Of a stretch of DNA of 64,000 bases, positions 61,601-64,000 are shown in pieces. The first letter of the stretch is position 1; each line of letters begins with the position of its first letter. The position numbers were made by a program, and so were the translations under genes. The notes beneath the pieces are model-generated. The model searched no databases. It saw nothing but the letters and a program-made list of their open reading frames with translations, and had not been told where the DNA came from. Source of the stretch: Amoebophrya sp. A120 (taxonomy: Eukaryota > Protista > Dinoflagellata); assembly GCA_905178155.1 (NCBI GenBank), contig CAJINV010000016.1:558001-622000 (forward strand). Reading direction: 5' to 3'.

Positions 61601-63746
61601 GTCGGGATTTGTATTTACTGCTCCACTGGACGAAGTCCCAGCAGCTCCTCTCCCGCTAGTACCGTGCGGATAATTATTTCCACCAGTAGTTCCGGACGCT
61701 GTTGCAAAGGACTGCTGACTCGCCATCCCTCCACCAGCAGCTACAGACCCGCCCACCAGCGACTGCAATCTAGAAAGTGGCTGAAAGTGCGGCACCGAGC
61801 TCGAACGCATAAAGCTACTACTGAATGACCCTGGCGGGGGCCCTGCACTACCACCACCAGTTCCTCCGAGACTGATCGACGCGCTGCGCTCCCGCGCACC
61901 AGCTGCCGACACCCCCGGAGCGGCTGCAGCCCTTGGGGACGACCACGGATTTGCTCGGTTTAAGACCGCTTGGGCTCTCCGCGCCGCGTCGAACCCGAAG
62001 TCAGATCTGTTTAAGAACTGCTTGTGTTGGTCGAAAACCCGTCTCGCGTCGCTACGGAAAGCATTATACGTGTTGCTATTCACGTATTCACTCATCATTT
62101 TATTGTTCACAAAACCGAGCTCGCTCGTCAACCCTAACCGCAGGAAAAACCACTCGGAATCGGGTAAGTGCGTTCCGTAGAGTTCCGGATCGGGGGACTC
62201 ATCTAGCATAGAAATCAGCGCCTGCAAAAACTTCCCGAGCATGTCCCGAATCTGCACGGAATCCATTACACCGTCTTCCAGCTCGGGTTTGGGGAAAAAG
62301 CAGTCTCTCTTGTGGCATTTCAGATCCGTTTCAATATCTTGAATCGGGTCCCGTTTGATCCCCGCCTGGTTCGCGAGATCCTCAATTTCCGGCGGTAACG
62401 CGCCGGGCACAGCAGCCAACACCATCGGGTTGAGCTGAATCTTGTGCGCCGCGGTCCTCGCGGCGGGTGGTGACCGGGGGTGTGTCGTAGTCATTTTCGA
62501 GGGCGTCGAACTGCTGTGGTACAGGCTCGCACCGGCAACTCCCCGGCGGTGCGCCGGATGCACGGCACCATTATGGGGTAGTGTGGATGAGGGTTGTATC
62601 GTAAGGAAAAATCCTCCCTCCCCATATTGAAAAGGTATGTTTCCGGAAATTTGTGTTGCTGATTTGAGATCACAAATCACCTTCGTCGTGCAAGAAGACA
62701 AGGGCAGAAGCTTCCGCCCCATTATGGAAGCGATTTGTCATGCTGTTGGGCCTAAAGGGGAGGCGTTTGCCATGCTGAACAACTAGACCCATACGCCCCT
62801 ACCTAGCCTGGGGGCCTGGCCGCAGTGCCTCCCTGCAATACAAAGCTGATTTGTGTACACAAACCCAGCATCAGAAGTTCCGTTTTGATATGGGGAGGGG
62901 GGATTTTTCCTTTCGATAGGTTGCTCGGGGGGCCCAGCTGCCCCAACTACAGCCCGCGAGGTAGTAGACCGCTGCTGCTGCCCTCGCTCTACTGCCGGCT
63001 GTTGTTCACCTGCAGGCCCGTGCCGCCGGTAGTAGAGTTGCTGCTCTAAAGGGAGGCGCTGCACCCTTTGCGGCATAAAGCTCCTTGGTGGCGCCGCGTG
63101 CGAGAAGATACCCTGGCCTGATTCCTCCTCGTCATCAAAGAGACTCGAAGTTGACCCCCTCTGATACGGCTCGTACGCACGACCTTGGGGACCGCCAGAA
63201 AAAGCTGCACCGCCCCGAGCGAAACCTGCTGAAGCTCCACCTCCCCCGTAGTTCATCGTGTTCACAACTGCTGCACCACCACCAGTTTTCGACCCGCCAA
63301 ACGTTGCTGTCATGACGCCGCCCTCCTGCTTTTTCTGCTTCAAAAAATCGGACTCCATCTTCCGCTTCATGCGTCCCATCATGCGGTTTTTCAACGTGGA
63401 AAAATCCTTGTAGAAGTTCTCCATATCAACTGCAAATATGTCTGGGTCTGGAAGATTGCCAAGCTTGTCATGCATATTCGGCATGGCCCATGGTGCCTGT
63501 AATGCGTGCCCTAGCATCACTGATTTTTAGAGGACTTCCTGATGCCTTTTCCGCATCACAAATGCTCTCTCCACGTAGCACAAAATCGACTCCTCTTGCT
63601 GCTCATGCAATACAGATTTTTTTCCAAATGCAAACACCGCATCACAAGTTGCAACCTTCCAGACCCAGACACTTTTGCAATGCATACTCCACCCCGGTCG
63701 ACGATTCGATCGCGGACCGGATGGAGTCCAGAGTCCCCACAATCAC
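37662..63746 (-). CDS. Giant hypothetical membrane-associated protein, 5'-partial (>7,800 aa in window), paralogue of the gene at 1937-35570
   Basis: Exons about 63687-63746, 62919-63418, 60873-62591, 59074-60658, 54721-58908, 46738-54454, 43619-46478, 42611-43446, 41067-42284, 40679-40942, 39847-40512, 37662-39562; total 23,514 nt = 7,838 codons. Ten introner junctions are in frame. The junction near 40943-41066 is uncertain. Hydrophobic segment IAYLCLLSWWIFRMLVVYYF at ~39480-39540. Confidence 0.75.
39568..39846. mobile_element. TIR introner, family B (279 bp)
   Basis: TATCCTGAGTAAAAACGT / ACGTTTTTACTCAGGATA perfect 18-bp ends; TSD CCACG; junction MKSHV|EFWIS. Confidence 0.9.
40518..40678. 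mobile_element. TIR introner, family C (161 bp, degenerate)
   Basis: TATCCTGTGCCAAAGTATCGTACT...AGTACGATA[~10-nt insert]CTTTTGCAACGCATA; TSD TAGTG/TACTG; junction AARSS|SKTSS in frame. Confidence 0.75.
40943..41066 (-). other. Putative intron (possibly GT-AG) containing a decayed TAT...ATA inverted repeat (40973-41058)
   Basis: The upstream ORF stops at 40999 and the downstream frame has a TAG near 40960, so an intron is needed if this is one gene. G|GTATTT...AAAAAG|GT gives PSKRG|SRRDFDG in frame. Weak IR TATGCTGAGAAGGATTTG / CAAATCTTCCTTCCAATA. Confidence 0.4.
42290..42610. mobile_element. TIR introner, family E (321 bp)
   Basis: TATCGTAAGGAAATATCCCCCCTCCCCATATTGAAA...TTTCGATATGGGGAGGGGGACTTTTCCTTTTGATA; TSD CAGCG; junction FSSSA|AADDD. 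Confidence 0.88.
43452..43618. mobile_element. TIR introner, family C (167 bp, degenerate)
   Basis: TATAAACCCCTGCAAAAGT...ACTTTTGCAATGCATA; TSD CCTCG; junction LPVRG|EGTAR. Confidence 0.8.
46484..46737. mobile_element. TIR introner, family A (254 bp)
   Basis: Family A TIRs, interior similar to 6722-6977; TSD TGTGC; junction HHRLH|THAYN. Confidence 0.9.
50717..50839 (-). repeat. Coding 33-bp tandem repeat, ~3.7 copies (MTHRRSDGGAS)
   Basis: Visible in the translation of ORF 46700..54457 and as CCGTC(A/T/G)GA(T/C)CTCCGATG(C/A)GTCAT units at a 33-bp period. Confidence 0.9.
54460..54720. mobile_element. TIR introner, family A (261 bp)
   Basis: Family A TIRs; TSD CAAGT; junction NGFNL|LNGTN. 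Confidence 0.88.
58914..59073. mobile_element. TIR introner, family C (160 bp), stop-free and in frame, so hidden inside ORF 54664..60741
   Basis: TATCCAATGCAAGAGTATGATCGCACTCGTA...CTTTTGCAACGCATA; internal GCATGACA x2 and TTGTGATGC; TSD GGCGC/CGCTC (2 mismatches); removing 165 nt gives LLREG|AVLVHW. Confidence 0.75.
60664..60872. mobile_element. TIR introner, family D-like (209 bp)
   Basis: TATCCAAGAAAAAAACTGTGTAAGTGTAA / TTACACTTACACAGTTTTTTTCCTGGATA; TSD TCCAC; junction PEPVD|HRNKV. Confidence 0.88.
62597..62918. mobile_element. TIR introner, family E (322 bp)
   Basis: TATCGTAAGGAAAAATCCTCCCTCCCCATAT / ATATGGGGAGGGGGGATTTTTCCTTTCGATA; TSD GGTTG; junction PPEQP|SSTLP. Confidence 0.88.
63424..63686. 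mobile_element. TIR introner, family A (263 bp)
   Basis: Family A TIRs; TSD CTCCA; junction STGVE|NFYKD. Confidence 0.9.
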
Positions 63747-63747
63747 G

Positions 63748-64000
63748 TATGAAATGCAAATATGTCTGGGTCTGGTAGGATCCGAACTTGTGATGCGTGT
63801 TTCGGATCCTACAAAGATCTGCGATGCATAACGTGCAAAAGGTGCCCACTTCTGGCCATGCTGAGAGGGCACTTCTCATGCAGAATACGCATCACCAAGG
63901 AGCTGCAGAGCCTGTGATGCTAGGCCCTGCATTCCAGACGTGGGGGAGCTTGGAAAAACTGCATGACAAATCTCGGAATCTCCCAGACCCAGACATTTTA
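63748..64000. mobile_element. TIR introner, family A (truncated by window end)
   Basis: Left TIR TATGAAATGCAAATATGTCTGGGTCTGG; right TIR core CCAGACCCAGACATTTTA at the final bases; TSD not checkable. Confidence 0.8.

Noticed and set aside
1937-63746. Pseudogenes disrupted by MITE insertions
   Set aside because: Apart from the one uncertain junction near 41000, there are no stops or frameshifts in ~50 kb of reconstructed exon, which argues for purifying selection and precise removal.
1937-63746. Assigning the giant proteins to known giants (VPS13/BLTP, Piezo, ferlin, dynein)
   Set aside because: I recognised no diagnostic motifs; size and hydrophobic segments alone are insufficient.
388-63879. 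Many short ORFs sharing peptides FQTQTFLHL, LPDPDIF, CKNVWVWK, KMSGSGR as a repeated protein domain or peptide family
   Set aside because: These are the different reading frames of the family A TIR and are translation artefacts of the elements.
513-64000. Recurrent TGTCTGGGTCTGGAA / TTCCAGACCCAGACA repeat as a CRISPR array or REP-like repeat
   Set aside because: Copies occur as dispersed inverted pairs ~260 bp apart with TSDs, not as direct repeats with unique spacers. No cas genes, and the gene structure is eukaryotic.

Overview
Eukaryotic, gene-dense window. All genes I can support lie on the minus strand, and the coding sequence is interrupted by 38 short elements with terminal inverted repeats (TIRs). 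They fall into at least six TIR families. Nearly all begin TAT and end ATA, are flanked by a 5-bp target-site duplication (TSD), and carry a shared GCAT(G/C/T)ACA / TGT(C/G/A)ATGC motif internally. They lack GT-AG boundaries and occur in both orientations. At every complete element I checked by hand, removing the element plus one TSD copy restores the reading frame. They therefore behave as transposon-derived non-canonical introns (introners), of the kind known from the parasitic dinoflagellate Amoebophrya (the organism is my inference). With them removed, the fragmented ORF track collapses into two giant tandem paralogous genes of unknown function: about 8,735 aa (35570->1937, 26 introners) and more than 7,800 aa (5'-partial, >63746->37662). 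There is also the 5' part of a third gene and one small ORF. One 1.1-kb element is flanked by a 47-bp duplication instead of 5 bp. I recognised no rRNA, tRNA, CRISPR array or transposase. All coordinates were derived by eye and no expression data were available.
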